Notes: generated by a model not told the origin, from the letters alone. DNA of 64,000 nucleotides from Nitrospirota bacterium (GCA_963788195.1 CAWBGA010000017.1:96001-160000), one strand, 5' to 3'. Shown: positions 31,999 through 42,913, counted from the first letter of the stretch. Numbers and translations: made by a program.

Positions 31999-32808
31999 CG
32001 CTCCTCCTGCGGGACGGCCTTGCCGGCGTTAATGAACTCCTGGATCCTCGGATCCTGTGTCTGCACAAACTTCTCTGGCGGCGCCATCTCAGCGATCTTC
32101 CCGTCGAGCAGCATGGCCACGTAGTCTGAGATGCCGAAGACTTCCGGGATCTCATGGCTGACCATGACAGCGGTGTAGCGGTACCGACGCTGCGTGTCCA
32201 CAATCAACTCATGAATCGTCCGCGCCAGCAGCGGATCCAGACCGGTCGTAGGCTCATCGAACAGCATGATTTCCGGGCCAAGCACAAGCGCACGGGCCAG
32301 CCCCGCCCGCTTGCGCATCCCCCCGCTGAGCTCAGCAGGGGTATTTCTCTTCCATCCCGGTCAGTCCGACTTGCTCCAGCATCTCGAGGACCTTGAGACG
32401 AATTTCCTCGTCCTTGAGCGTGGTCTTTTCGCGCAGTGGAAAGGCAACGTTTTCAAAAACGGACAGGGAGTCAAACAGCGCCGCGCCTTGGAAGAGCATG
32501 GCAAATTTCTTACGGACCTCATTGAGCTCGTGCTGGCCCAATTGCGTGATGTCGCGTTCATCGATGAGAACCTGGCCCTTGTTCGGCCTGATCAGGCCGA
32601 TCAGGTGCTTGAGCAGTACGCTCTTGCCGGTCCCGCTTCCTCCGATAATCGTGGTCAATTTACCGCGGGGTATTTCCAGGTTCAACCCCGTGAATACCTG
32701 CTGGTCGCCAAAAGACTTGTACACGTCGACCACGCGAATGACGGTTGAGGCGGCGCCTGGGGAGACACCTACGGCGGAGGCTTGATTGGTCTGAAGTCCG
32801 ATACTCAC
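31995..32808 (-). CDS. mlaF: Mla ABC ATPase; +1 frameshift in a G4 run at 32338-32341 (probable assembly error)
   Basis: GGSGTGKS. Removing one base restores KYPAELSGGMRKRAGLARA, followed by FDEPTTGLDP. Confidence 0.9.
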
Positions 32809-33581
32809 AGCAACACCGACGTGAGGAAGTAATCCCAGATCAGCACCAGCACCGATGCCAGCACCACGGCTTCCGTTGTCGCCCGGCCAAGTCCTTCAGC
32901 GCTCATCCTCGTATTGTACCCTTTGTACGTGCACACCCAAGTGATGATTGTTCCAAAGCTGAGGGCCTTCAGAATGCCGCCGTACACGTCTTTCCATTCA
33001 ACGGCCGACTCCATCGAGCTGGTGTAGGCGCCGGAACTCACACCCAGCAGCTCCACGCCGACGAGATGACCGCCGTAAATCCCAATGATGTCGAATATTG
33101 CCACGAGGAGAGGCATGACGAGGATGCCGGCCAGCACCTTTGGCGCGACCAAATACTGCATGGGACTCACAGCCATGGTTTCCAGCGCATCGATTTGTTC
33201 GGTGATCCGCATGAGCCCAATCTCCGCGGTCATTGCCGACCCTGCGCGTCCGGTCACCATCAGCGCTGAAAGCACCGGTCCCAACTCACGGATCATGCTC
33301 AGGGCGACCGCCGATCCCAATAGGCCCTCTGCCCCAAACTTGCGCAGCGAGTAGTACCCCTGCAGGCCTAACACCATGCCGGTGAAGGCGCCGGTTAGCA
33401 CAATGACGAACAAAGACTTGACCCCGATAAAATGCATCTGCTTGAGGAGCTGCGCAAACCGGAACGGCGGGCGCACCATCCAAAGGATGGTCTGCCCGAG
33501 GAACAGCATCATTCGGCCCATCTCGCGAAGCACCGATAACGCAATCGCGCCCCAATGGGCGAGTATCACCGCGATCATCAA
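32805..33581 (-). CDS. mlaE: Mla ABC permease
   Basis: RELGPVL, GRAGSAMTAEIG, EQIDAL. Confidence 0.93.
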   Translation of the reverse strand: MMIAVILAHWGAIALSVLREMGRMMLFLGQTILWMVRPPFRFAQLLKQMHFIGVKSLFVIVLTGAFTGMVLGLQGYYSLRKFGAEGLLGSAVALSMIRELGPVLSALMVTGRAGSAMTAEIGLMRITEQIDALETMAVSPMQYLVAPKVLAGILVMPLLVAIFDIIGIYGGHLVGVELLGVSSGAYTSSMESAVEWKDVYGGILKALSFGTIITWVCTYKGYNTRMSAEGLGRATTEAVVLASVLVLIWDYFLTSVLL

Positions 33582-34369
33582 GAGGCCGCCACCGAAAGAT
33601 CCGAATCGGGCGGAAGCTGGCAGGATTGCAACACCGAGACAAACGCCGTAAAGAATCGCCGCAGTGTCTGATCGGCCTCATCGGCGTGACATTTCATACG
33701 ATACAAGCCTCGTAGCATCAGAGGGCTCCTGAGCACCTCAAGGATACCACGTAGTGCGCCCGCACGTGAGAACCAAACGTTAAAATCCATTGGTAGATCG
33801 TCCCCCACTTTGTCGGAAACAGCGCGAACCGCGAGGAACGGAACCTTTCCCACGGCAGCGACGCGCGCGACAGCCGCGCTTTCCATATCCACGCCGAGGC
33901 CGGCGCTCACATCAGCCAACGCCTGCTTTTCACTCGCCCGCCAGACAACACGCGCGACAGTGATGATGGGACCTCTGCTCCATCCAACCCCCGCGTCACG
34001 CGCGGCGCGACACGCCCCGGCCATAAGAGACTGATGAGCCGGCATCACGAGCGGCGGGCGCTCGCTGGTCCAATCCTCGACTTGGCTCCCCAGCAGAAGC
34101 GCGCCTACACCTTCAGGCCCTAAGCCGCCGACATAGCCTGTCGAGATGATTGCGTGGGGGGCTAACGCGAACAGCACGGCTTCGGTGGCCAGCCGCGCAC
34201 GCTCGTGACCGATGCCGGTTCGAATGAGGTGCAGTTCGAGATCTTCAAATTGCGCGATGTGATGTATGAACTTGCCGACGCGGCCACGGCGCACATGACC
34301 GATACCGAAGACAGATCGTGCAGGAGCCAACTCGCGTGCGGTCGCACCCAGAATCGCGACACGCCGCAT
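33578..34369 (-). CDS. hpnG: hopanoid-associated nucleosidase/phosphorylase (HpnG-like)
   Basis: TGIG, VDMESAA and VRAVSD nucleosidase motifs; directly after shc. Confidence 0.75.
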   Translation of the reverse strand: MRRVAILGATARELAPARSVFGIGHVRRGRVGKFIHHIAQFEDLELHLIRTGIGHERARLATEAVLFALAPHAIISTGYVGGLGPEGVGALLLGSQVEDWTSERPPLVMPAHQSLMAGACRAARDAGVGWSRGPIITVARVVWRASEKQALADVSAGLGVDMESAAVARVAAVGKVPFLAVRAVSDKVGDDLPMDFNVWFSRAGALRGILEVLRSPLMLRGLYRMKCHADEADQTLRRFFTAFVSVLQSCQLPPDSDLSVAAS

Positions 34370-36522
34370 TACTCGGCCAGCCGGAACTGCCCGTCTGTGC
34401 GATGCTGTTTCTGAATTTCGTCGGCGCGCGTTTGGCCTTTTAGTTTGAGGGAGCGATACATCGACAACGCCCAGAGAGGAAAATAATGACTGTAGCCGTG
34501 GTACCTCAGGTAAAAGACCCGCGGAAATCCCGTACCCGTGAAATTGCGCTCCGACCAGTAACCTTGAGCGTTCTGATGGCGCAGGAGATAGTTGATCCCG
34601 CGATATACGCTGATCGTTTCAACTTCGCCGGCTGCCAGCAATGCAAGGAGCGCCCATGCGGTTTGCGAGGGCGCGCTCGCGCCGACGCCATGGGCCGCCT
34701 GATCCGCATAAGACTGACATGACTCCCCCCATCCCCCGTCATGATTTTGCTTCGAGACAACCCAGGCAACGGCTCGGCGGACGTAAGGGGCCTGCATGTC
34801 TTCCCCGATCGCTTTCAATCCCGCCAGGACAGACCAAACACCATAGACGTAATTAACGCCCCAACGGCCGTACCAGGACCCATCTTTCTCTTGTCTCTCC
34901 TTCAAAAACCGAATCCCGCGCGCCGCGATCGGATGAGACCGATCATAGCCAAGCGCGCCCATCATTTCGATTTCCCGGCCGGTCACATCAGCGGTGCTGG
35001 GGTCCAGAAGTGCGCGGTGATCGGCAAACGGGATATCGTTAAAGAACATCCGGTTATTATCCCGGTCGTAGGCGCCCCATCCACCGTCGCTTCCTTGCAT
35101 CGGCAAGGTCCAGCTCAATCCCCGTTGCACGGAGTCGCGCAACTCCTGCTGCGCAGGAGCTTTAATCTTTGAAAGCGCCATCACAACGGCCGCGGTGTCA
35201 TCATTGTCCGGATAACTCTCGTTTTCAAACTGAAAATACCACCCACCGGGCTTCGAATGAGGCGACGACACGATCCAGTCACCGACTTTTTGACACTGGT
35301 GCGAGATCAGCCACTTGGCAGCCCGGGCGAAGGCCGGATGTTCCCGGGGCACACCGCTCTCGATCAAGGCGCTGATCGTCAACGGGGTATCCCAGATAGG
35401 CGAGAAGCAGGGCTGCAGCCGCAAGGTCTCGCCGTTGACCACCTCCAACGCTTCAATTTCCCTAAACGCCTTCTGGAGGAGGGGGTGATCATCGGCATAG
35501 CCCAGGCAGTGAAGCGCAAGCACGGAATTTGCCATGGCAGGGTAGATCGCCCCGAGTCCGCCTTCTCCTTCCATGCGCTCGACCATCCATCGCGCCGCCT
35601 GCTCGACGCCCTTTTTACGAAACCAGCGCGGCACGATACGGTCATACACGCGTAAGGCGCCGTCGAGCGTGATGAAGACGTTGTGCCATGCGAGCCAGTT
35701 GGGATCCTTTCGAAACGGAGGCTCCCGCCGAAAATTCACATGCTCACGTGGGACGCAGTACAGCTCATCAATACCCTGTTCTTTCGGGATCTGGCAGACC
35801 GGCTTGCTGGCGAAAATAATCATCAGAGGCACGAGCACGGTGCGCGACCAGTAGGACAAGGCATAGATGTTGAAGTAAAACCACGATGGCAGGAGGGCAA
35901 GCTCCGCAGGCATGGTAGGAATACCACGCCAGTCGTATTGATCAAACAGAGCCAGCGCGATCTTCGTAAAGACATTGGTCCTGACTACCCCACCCTTTTG
36001 CAAGATCACTGCCCGGGCCTTTCGCATAAATGGCTCATCGCCACCGATACCCGATAGCTTCAGCGCAAAGTAAGCCTTCACCGAAGCACTGATCTCGGGC
36101 GGCCCCCCATGGTAGATCGGCCATCCGCCGTCCGGAAGCTGGCTTTGGATCAGATAGCGAACTCCCTTTGCCTCCTTTTCGAGGTCTCGGAAGCCCATCA
36201 AGCGCCTCAGCATGAGCCACTCGGAGGTCAATGTCGTATCGACTTCTAATTCATGGACCCAGTAGCCTTCCTCCGCTTGCTGTGAGAGCAGCCACTGTTG
36301 CCCCCGCCGGATGGCATGATGAAGGGCCGGCGACTGATGAGGGCCATGGCTCGATTCAGAACGCCGCGGTGAGGAAGGGGCTTCCCAGGAAACGTTCGGA
36401 TTGCCCCCGACCAGGCGCAACAGTCGGTCGGCGTTACGGCGCGCCCGCTGCTGGAGAGGAGAGGGGGCTACTGAAATAATCCTCTCGGACCAAGTGGTTA
36501 GCAGACCGAGCAATCGCTTCAT
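34369..36522 (-). CDS. shc: squalene-hopene cyclase
   Basis: YPDNDDTA, QW repeats (QLPDGGW, QEKDGSW, QNHDGGW), GTGFPRVFYL. Confidence 0.96.
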   Translation of the reverse strand: MKRLLGLLTTWSERIISVAPSPLQQRARRNADRLLRLVGGNPNVSWEAPSSPRRSESSHGPHQSPALHHAIRRGQQWLLSQQAEEGYWVHELEVDTTLTSEWLMLRRLMGFRDLEKEAKGVRYLIQSQLPDGGWPIYHGGPPEISASVKAYFALKLSGIGGDEPFMRKARAVILQKGGVVRTNVFTKIALALFDQYDWRGIPTMPAELALLPSWFYFNIYALSYWSRTVLVPLMIIFASKPVCQIPKEQGIDELYCVPREHVNFRREPPFRKDPNWLAWHNVFITLDGALRVYDRIVPRWFRKKGVEQAARWMVERMEGEGGLGAIYPAMANSVLALHCLGYADDHPLLQKAFREIEALEVVNGETLRLQPCFSPIWDTPLTISALIESGVPREHPAFARAAKWLISHQCQKVGDWIVSSPHSKPGGWYFQFENESYPDNDDTAAVVMALSKIKAPAQQELRDSVQRGLSWTLPMQGSDGGWGAYDRDNNRMFFNDIPFADHRALLDPSTADVTGREIEMMGALGYDRSHPIAARGIRFLKERQEKDGSWYGRWGVNYVYGVWSVLAGLKAIGEDMQAPYVRRAVAWVVSKQNHDGGWGESCQSYADQAAHGVGASAPSQTAWALLALLAAGEVETISVYRGINYLLRHQNAQGYWSERNFTGTGFPRVFYLRYHGYSHYFPLWALSMYRSLKLKGQTRADEIQKQHRTDGQFRLAE

Positions 36523-36604
36523 GAGGCCTTCTTGTCCATGTTAATTCGGTATTTCGGCCCGCCCGAACAGCGGCAGGCACTTTCGAGGGCTCTTGGAGCG
36601 GGAG

Positions 36605-36633
36605 TATATAACAGAGTCGCTATCGGCTGTCAA
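36605..36633 (-). promoter_or_regulatory. sigma70-type promoter for the shc operon
   Basis: TTGACA-N17-TATATA with an extended TG on the minus strand. Confidence 0.6.
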
Positions 36634-36689
36634 GTGCACTTTCGTGCAATTTCCACCAATATCAATGAGTTGAGCGTCCGGACGACGCC

Positions 36690-39600
36690 TCAAGCCCCTA
36701 CAGGCTCGAGCAGCCTGTTCAGGCGAACGGACACGAGGCTCGAAATCCCGGGCTCCTGCATCGTCACTCCATATAGGGAATCGGCCACTTCCATGGTCTG
36801 TTTACTGTGGGTGATGACGATGAATTGGGACCTGGCAGACAGACTCTGGAGTACCCGGGTGAACCGGGCAGTGTTCTGTTCATCCAGGGGAGCATCAATT
36901 TCGTCTAACACACAAAACGGGGTCGGGCGAATGACAAAGCTGGCAAATACTAATGCCATGGCAGTCAATGCCCGCTCTCCGCCGGAGAGCATTGTAATGT
37001 TTTTGAGGCGCTTTCCCGGAGGCTGGGCGACGATATCGACACCGGGTTCGGCCCCTTCTTCCTCCTCCACCAGTAGTAGCTCGGCTCGCCCACCATCGAA
37101 AAAGCTTCGAAACATCTCGTCGAACTTGACCTGCAGTTCAGCAAACGTTGTCAGGAAAAGCTGCTTTGTAGTGCGGTTAATCTTGGCGATGATGGCCTTC
37201 AAGGAGGCAACGGACTGTCCGAGATCCGCTTCTTGGGCCGTCAAGAACTGCAGGCGCTCTTCAAGCTCGCGATGCTCCTCGATCGCCATCACATTTACAG
37301 GCCCGAGATCCTCCAGACGGCTCCGTCTCTGTATCAATCGGTCGCGCGCGCCGGCGACATCGAAGTCACCCCTGTCTCCCACTTCGGTAATCGCAGCCTC
37401 AATGCTGACTTGATACGTGCCCTCCAATTGACGTTCGTACCCTTCGAGCCTAATATCAGCCTCGCGTTGGCGAAGACGCGCCGCTTCCTGCTGTCGATGC
37501 ACATCCTCAATGCGCTGGCGCACAGCATGATACTCCGCTTCGAGCGCGCGCAGTCTAACGGTACGTCCCGCTTGGCCTACCTGGGCTTCCGTCAAGCGAC
37601 GTCGAGCCTGCGCAAGTTCTGATTCGGCGGCCGGCACGCTCTCAGCTACAACGTGTTGCTCCTCGAGTGTTTCCGCGCAGGCCACCCGGAAGCGGGAAAG
37701 CTCTCCTTCCAGCTCTGATAGACGCGTTTCCCGACTGAACGTGACACCGTGTATGCGCCGGATCTCCGCGCGGCTTTGCTCCAGGCGCTCAGTCAATCCC
37801 GCGACTTTGAGGCGGACCGCGGCGGCAGCGGCCTGCCGGCTTTCGACGATTTGCTCATTGATCGCTACTGCGGCTTGCAGGTCGGCCAACGCCTGCTCTG
37901 CTGAACCCCGCTCAGCCTCCACACGCTGAAGCGCCTCTCGATCCACATGCGCAGCGGCGCGCAACACATCTCGCTCTGCCTCGGCCGCGTGGCGTTCCGC
38001 CAATAAGGCCTCAAGACGTTGCCGGAGTTGCGTAAGATCCTGCTGACCTCGCTCCTCGTCTTTTCGGAGACTGACGAGCTGTATCTCCAGACGGCGGATG
38101 TCCAATTCACGAGCTTCGCACACACGGGTTTCGTCCGTGACTGCCTCTTCCAAGACCCTGCGCTGATTCTTCGCCTCATGGAGAGCTTGCTCAAGCTCTG
38201 GTATCCGATCCGTCAGAACGCGCAGTTCCCGTTCGCGCGCAATCACACCAATTGTTGCTTCCGCCGGGCTCGCAGTCAGCATCCCATCAGCCGTGAGAAT
38301 TTCGCCTCTCGACGTGACCAAGACGGCCGCGGTGCTCGCTGTCATTTTCTCCCATAGCGCAATGGCCTCTTCCAAGCTCCGTACAATGAAGACTCCCGCG
38401 AGCAGATAGGAAACCAACTCCTCATACCCTGGCTTCGGAGATACAAAATCCAGCGCTCGGCCGACGACCCCGTCATGCTGTAGAGCCTCCGTGGAACGCG
38501 TTCCCAATACCCTAGGCCGCCGCGGAAGAAAAGTCCCATTGACGGCATCCTGACATCGGAGTGTTTCCAGCAAGCGAGCGGCTTCCTGCGGTGCTTCGAC
38601 GAGTGTCCCCAAAAGCTTTGACCCAAGTACGGCCTCAATGGCCACATCATATTCGGCGTGTACCGTCAGAACATGCGCCAGGGTACCACCATCGTCGTTC
38701 GGATCGGCAAGCAACGGACTCACACCTCGAGTGATTGCCCGAAGAGCGTGCTGTCTCGCGCTGGATACGGTTAACTCTTGCTGAATGCACGAGACACGCT
38801 CCTCGGCATCAGCCAGCCGTTGCTTCAGTTCAGCCATCCCACCGCTTACGGTCCCTACTGTCGTCAGGATCTCTTGAAGTTGCACTTCGTTGGCGTGCCG
38901 GCGATCACCACCTGCCGCGAGTTGCTCTTGGAGGGTATCGAAAGCGGTGTCGGCTTGGAGGCTCTGCTGCTCAAGCTTTTCAATGCGTCTGGCGAGGTCA
39001 GCGACCCGCGTTTGGTTATTGGTCACATGATTGGCGACGACAGTGGCTTCCATTGCACGATTCATGACCCGTACCCGCCCCGCCTCAAGCGCGGCCTGGC
39101 TGCCGCGGTACAGTTGCACGGCCTGGGTCAGTGCGTCTTCCTCGGTCGCGACGACCTGCGTGTCCGCCGCGAGTTCCTGAGTGAGGGTTGCAACGCGCTC
39201 TTCCCACCCATGCAAGGACTCAGCATCGGCGGATGTTTCTTCGTATAGCTGCCGGAGATCGTTCTGCATCCGGGCTTTCTGTTCTTCGAGAAAGCTCAAC
39301 CTCTGCGCCAGCAGCTCGATGGAGGTCGCGGCCTGGCTTAAGCGCGTCTCCAACCTCCCTACATCATCGCGTAAAGCGGTAATGCCGGTTTCATGTTCGC
39401 CGACTTCGAGCTGAACGGATTGTATTTCTGTGGCCACGCGAGCCCCCGCCGCTTCTTCGCCGTTCTCTCGTTCGCTGAGTTCCGAGAGATGGCGCACGCA
39501 ATCGCGACTGTCGCTCAATATCTCCTGGTAGTCATGGATTAACACCATCAGTTCAAGGCGCCGAACTTCCTGCTTGAGTGCTCGGTAGGCTTCGGCGGTC

Positions 39601-40265
39601 TTGGCCTGGCGTTCAAGACTCATCAATTGCCGTTTGACCTCATTCACAATATCCCGCACACGCAAGAGATTTTGTTGGGTCGCTTCAAGTTTTCGTAACG
39701 CTTCACCCTTTTGCTTCTTATAGCGGATGATGCCTGCGGTTTCTTCGATGAGTTCCCGGCGTTCAATCGGTGAGGCTTTCAGAATACGGTCAATCATGCC
39801 CTGTTCGATGACCGTGTGTCCCTTGCTGCCCGCCCGGGTATCCAGCAATAGCGCGCGCAGGTCTTTAAGGCGGCAGGGAACTTGATTAATGAAATACTCG
39901 CTTGCGCCGTCGCGGAAGAGCCGCCGGGTCACCATTACCTCTTGGCACTCGCCAAGCGAATAGGGAAAAGGCGGTCGCATGTTGTCGCTAGCGGGTTGTT
40001 CCCGTTCCACGTCCCCGAGGATCAATGACACTTCGACCATCCCTTGCGGCTTGCGACATTCCGTGCCGTTAAAAATGACGTCTTCCATACGCTCGCTACG
40101 CAAGGTCTTTGTGCTCTGCTCGCCCAGCACCCAAAGAACGGCGTCCAGGATATTGCTCTTTCCGGTTCCGTTCGGGCCTACAATGGCGGTAATGCCTTGC
40201 TGAAAGACGATGCGCGCCTCCATGAAGGACTTAAACCCGTTCATCTCCAAGCGTTTTAAGTACAT
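36690..40265 (-). CDS. smc: chromosome segregation protein SMC
   Basis: AAGGAG RBS before MYLKRLEMNGFKSF; GPNGTGKS; coiled coils and hinge; LSGGE; LDEIDAPLD. Confidence 0.96.
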   Translation of the reverse strand: MYLKRLEMNGFKSFMEARIVFQQGITAIVGPNGTGKSNILDAVLWVLGEQSTKTLRSERMEDVIFNGTECRKPQGMVEVSLILGDVEREQPASDNMRPPFPYSLGECQEVMVTRRLFRDGASEYFINQVPCRLKDLRALLLDTRAGSKGHTVIEQGMIDRILKASPIERRELIEETAGIIRYKKQKGEALRKLEATQQNLLRVRDIVNEVKRQLMSLERQAKTAEAYRALKQEVRRLELMVLIHDYQEILSDSRDCVRHLSELSERENGEEAAGARVATEIQSVQLEVGEHETGITALRDDVGRLETRLSQAATSIELLAQRLSFLEEQKARMQNDLRQLYEETSADAESLHGWEERVATLTQELAADTQVVATEEDALTQAVQLYRGSQAALEAGRVRVMNRAMEATVVANHVTNNQTRVADLARRIEKLEQQSLQADTAFDTLQEQLAAGGDRRHANEVQLQEILTTVGTVSGGMAELKQRLADAEERVSCIQQELTVSSARQHALRAITRGVSPLLADPNDDGGTLAHVLTVHAEYDVAIEAVLGSKLLGTLVEAPQEAARLLETLRCQDAVNGTFLPRRPRVLGTRSTEALQHDGVVGRALDFVSPKPGYEELVSYLLAGVFIVRSLEEAIALWEKMTASTAAVLVTSRGEILTADGMLTASPAEATIGVIARERELRVLTDRIPELEQALHEAKNQRRVLEEAVTDETRVCEARELDIRRLEIQLVSLRKDEERGQQDLTQLRQRLEALLAERHAAEAERDVLRAAAHVDREALQRVEAERGSAEQALADLQAAVAINEQIVESRQAAAAAVRLKVAGLTERLEQSRAEIRRIHGVTFSRETRLSELEGELSRFRVACAETLEEQHVVAESVPAAESELAQARRRLTEAQVGQAGRTVRLRALEAEYHAVRQRIEDVHRQQEAARLRQREADIRLEGYERQLEGTYQVSIEAAITEVGDRGDFDVAGARDRLIQRRSRLEDLGPVNVMAIEEHRELEERLQFLTAQEADLGQSVASLKAIIAKINRTTKQLFLTTFAELQVKFDEMFRSFFDGGRAELLLVEEEEGAEPGVDIVAQPPGKRLKNITMLSGGERALTAMALVFASFVIRPTPFCVLDEIDAPLDEQNTARFTRVLQSLSARSQFIVITHSKQTMEVADSLYGVTMQEPGISSLVSVRLNRLLEPVGA

Positions 40266-40428
40266 AGGGCTCCTTTGACGGAAAGCCTGAATGGCCGGGA
40301 CGCTACCATATCTTGTGGGCCAATGCAAATTAGCCACTAGAAATTACTGTTGGCTTACGCCTTTCGGTCCCAGCGGCGGGGGGTCCAGGGCGTCGTGCGT
40401 GCGGACCAGCTGTGCTATCTTAGTGAGA

Positions 40429-41202
40429 GTGAAAATCGCCACGTTCAATATTAATTCAATAAGAATTCGCCTTCCGGTCATCCTTGGATGGCTTGAGCAA
40501 CATCAGCCGGAGGTGCTGTGCCTTCAGGAAACCAAGGTCCAAGATAGTGAATTTCCGGCTTTGGGGCTGGCCTCTAGCGGATACCATGTCGTCTATAGAG
40601 GAATGAAATCCTACAACGGCGTCGCGGTCATGACCCGCACGGCTCCGGACGACGTCTTCTATGGGTTCGATGATGGAGGGGAAACCGACGAGGCGCGCAT
40701 CATGCGTGTCATTGTGCAGGGCATTCCCATCCTCAACACATACGTTCCTAACGGCTTCAAAATTGTATCCCCAAAATACGCGTACAAGCTGGAATGGTTT
40801 AAGCGCCTGCGGGCTTATTTTGAACGGCATCTCTCAGCTGATAAGCCGGCTGTCTGGTGCGGAGATATGAATGTCGCTCCGGATCCCATTGACGTTCATA
40901 GTCCGGAAAAGCACCTCAAGCATGTCTGCTTTCACGAGGATGTCCGCCGGGCGTACCAGGAAACCGCTGCATGGGGTTTTGTCGATGTGTTTCGTCGGCT
41001 CTACCCCGATAAACAACAATTCACATTTTGGGATTATCTACGGCCGAACTCCGTGGACGCTAATAAGGGCTGGCGGCTCGACCACATTCTGGCGACGCCG
41101 CCCATGGCCGAGAAATGCAGAAATGTGGAAGTGGACATCGAACCACGGCGCGTCCCCAACTCATCGGATCACACCTTCCTCTGGGCCCAGTTCGACCTCT
41201 AG
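40429..41202 (+). CDS. xth: exodeoxyribonuclease III
   Basis: KIATFNINS, LQETK, YNGVA, GDMNVA, RLDH, SDH; GTG start at 40429. Confidence 0.94.
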   Translation: MKIATFNINSIRIRLPVILGWLEQHQPEVLCLQETKVQDSEFPALGLASSGYHVVYRGMKSYNGVAVMTRTAPDDVFYGFDDGGETDEARIMRVIVQGIPILNTYVPNGFKIVSPKYAYKLEWFKRLRAYFERHLSADKPAVWCGDMNVAPDPIDVHSPEKHLKHVCFHEDVRRAYQETAAWGFVDVFRRLYPDKQQFTFWDYLRPNSVDANKGWRLDHILATPPMAEKCRNVEVDIEPRRVPNSSDHTFLWAQFDL

Positions 41203-41237
41203 CCGGGGGTCGCATATTGATCTAGGTGAGACAGGGA

Positions 41238-42296
41238 CTAAATCATTTGTTCCTGGTGTCGCCGCGAGATGCTGAGATATTCCTGGACAACAATGCGGCC
41301 CACGCAAAACGCCGGAACGCCCAGAAGCATCCCCCATATCCCAAAAGCGTTTCCACCGATGATGAGGATCATCAGGACAGCCAGTGGGTGCAGATCTGCG
41401 GTCTTGGAAAGAACCAGTGGCTGGATCAGTAACGCATCGAACAGGTGTACCGCAGAGGCAACGAGCAGCACGTACACAAGCTTGATCGTCACGCCGCTCT
41501 CCAGCACGGTAACGAGAAGTGCGACGACAGCCCCGAAAACCGGCCCGAGGTAGGGAATAAGATGGACGAGCCCCGAAGACACTCCGATCGCGACTCCGAA
41601 CGGCACTCCGATAATCGAGTATCCAACCGACAGCAGGAGGCCGACTACCACGGCATCCACTACCAATCCAGTGAGATACCTCGAGAGATGTTGATTCACG
41701 CGATAAAGGAGGTTAAGGGCGGCTTCGAAATACCGATTAGGCACCAGGCCAATCACAAACTTTTTGATCGCTCGGCTCTCGAGAAGCAGGTACCAGCTCA
41801 TGATGGGAACCAGCACGAACACTGTCAACAGGGTCAACAAATTAAACACGATCTTCGGCAGCCTATTCAGTGATTGGTCGACAAAGCCCGTGGTGTTCTT
41901 CGTTATCGTCTCAGCGAAGTTCACTCGCTTGAGTTCTGGAAGACGCCTTTCCCACTCGTTTTGTAGCGCCTCCAATCTATCTTGTGCCTGAGCAGAGTAC
42001 TCCGGGAGCTTCATGCGAAAGGTCTGGAGTTGATGTTGCAGAACGGGAGTCAAATACAGGACTGCCGCGAACGCCACGATAATACTGGCACCATAGATTG
42101 TGCTTACCGCCTGGAGTCGTGACATCCCCCCTCGTTCCAGGAACTCCACAAGAGGCGCCAGCACAAAGGCTACAAAGCAAGAGGCGAAGAAGGGAATCAG
42201 GCTTCGGCCTGCGGCGTAGGCGATCAGTCCGGCCGTTCCGGCGATGACGGCTACGTACGTCAGATCCCGCCAGAGTTGCTTACGCGAGGGGGTCAT
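41238..42296 (-). CDS. AI-2E family transporter
   Basis: IPYLGP, LHPLAV and GIWGMLLGVP motifs; multiple TM helices. Confidence 0.9.
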   Translation of the reverse strand: MTPSRKQLWRDLTYVAVIAGTAGLIAYAAGRSLIPFFASCFVAFVLAPLVEFLERGGMSRLQAVSTIYGASIIVAFAAVLYLTPVLQHQLQTFRMKLPEYSAQAQDRLEALQNEWERRLPELKRVNFAETITKNTTGFVDQSLNRLPKIVFNLLTLLTVFVLVPIMSWYLLLESRAIKKFVIGLVPNRYFEAALNLLYRVNQHLSRYLTGLVVDAVVVGLLLSVGYSIIGVPFGVAIGVSSGLVHLIPYLGPVFGAVVALLVTVLESGVTIKLVYVLLVASAVHLFDALLIQPLVLSKTADLHPLAVLMILIIGGNAFGIWGMLLGVPAFCVGRIVVQEYLSISRRHQEQMI

Positions 42297-42308
42297 CGGG
42301 CGAGACCA

Positions 42309-42890
42309 TCAATAGGTCACTCTGATTCGTTCCCTGATCTCAGTCTCGGCTGGCTGGGTCTGGAGAAGTTGTTCGAGCTCTTCATGAGTACGACGTAAGC
42401 GAGCTGACAAGACACTTGCCACGCGCAACAAGATCTTCAAACCTAGACCAGGCGTCTGATTGATCAGCGCCATTAACTCAGGCTTAAAGAATCCAATCAC
42501 CTCCGTAGCGTCCTGGGCAACGGCGGTCGCGGACCGGGGCGCATCATCAATGAGACCCAGTTCTCCAAAAAACTCGCCCACGGTCAGTGTGGCCATGACC
42601 CGAGGCTGGCCTCCTGGAAACTGACGAATGATCCGCACGACTCCGCTCTTCACGATATACATGCCAAGGCTTGGATCACCTTGGTGAAAGATGGGCTCAC
42701 CAGGAGCGTACCGGCGCACATACACCATTTTCTCGATGGTCCGCAACTCGCGCAAGGACAGATTTTCAAAGATAGGGATTTCAACGAGAAAATCTTGAAT
42801 ACGCCTTTCCCCTTTTCGACGGCCGCGGAAGATATTGTCCCAGAGCGTGTCGACGATCATGGCGCGGGTCCAAATGACTTTGGCAACCAC
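42309..42890 (-). CDS. cyclic-nucleotide-binding domain protein (no HTH)
   Basis: IFHQGD, MYIVKSG, GEFFGELGLIDDAPRSATA. Start could be ATG 42860. Confidence 0.88.
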   Translation of the reverse strand: MVAKVIWTRAMIVDTLWDNIFRGRRKGERRIQDFLVEIPIFENLSLRELRTIEKMVYVRRYAPGEPIFHQGDPSLGMYIVKSGVVRIIRQFPGGQPRVMATLTVGEFFGELGLIDDAPRSATAVAQDATEVIGFFKPELMALINQTPGLGLKILLRVASVLSARLRRTHEELEQLLQTQPAETEIRERIRVTY

Positions 42891-42913
42891 CTTGCAAGGG
42901 GCAGCATGGGGGG

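Noticed and set aside
28882..32808. Programmed frameshifting or true pseudogenes in dxs and mlaF
   Set aside because: No canonical slippery heptamer at the sites. Multiple unrelated genes show the same one-base pattern, which fits assembly error better.
36532..37413. 293-aa plus-strand ORF
   Set aside because: Antisense to the conserved smc C-terminus; Ser/Arg-rich shadow.
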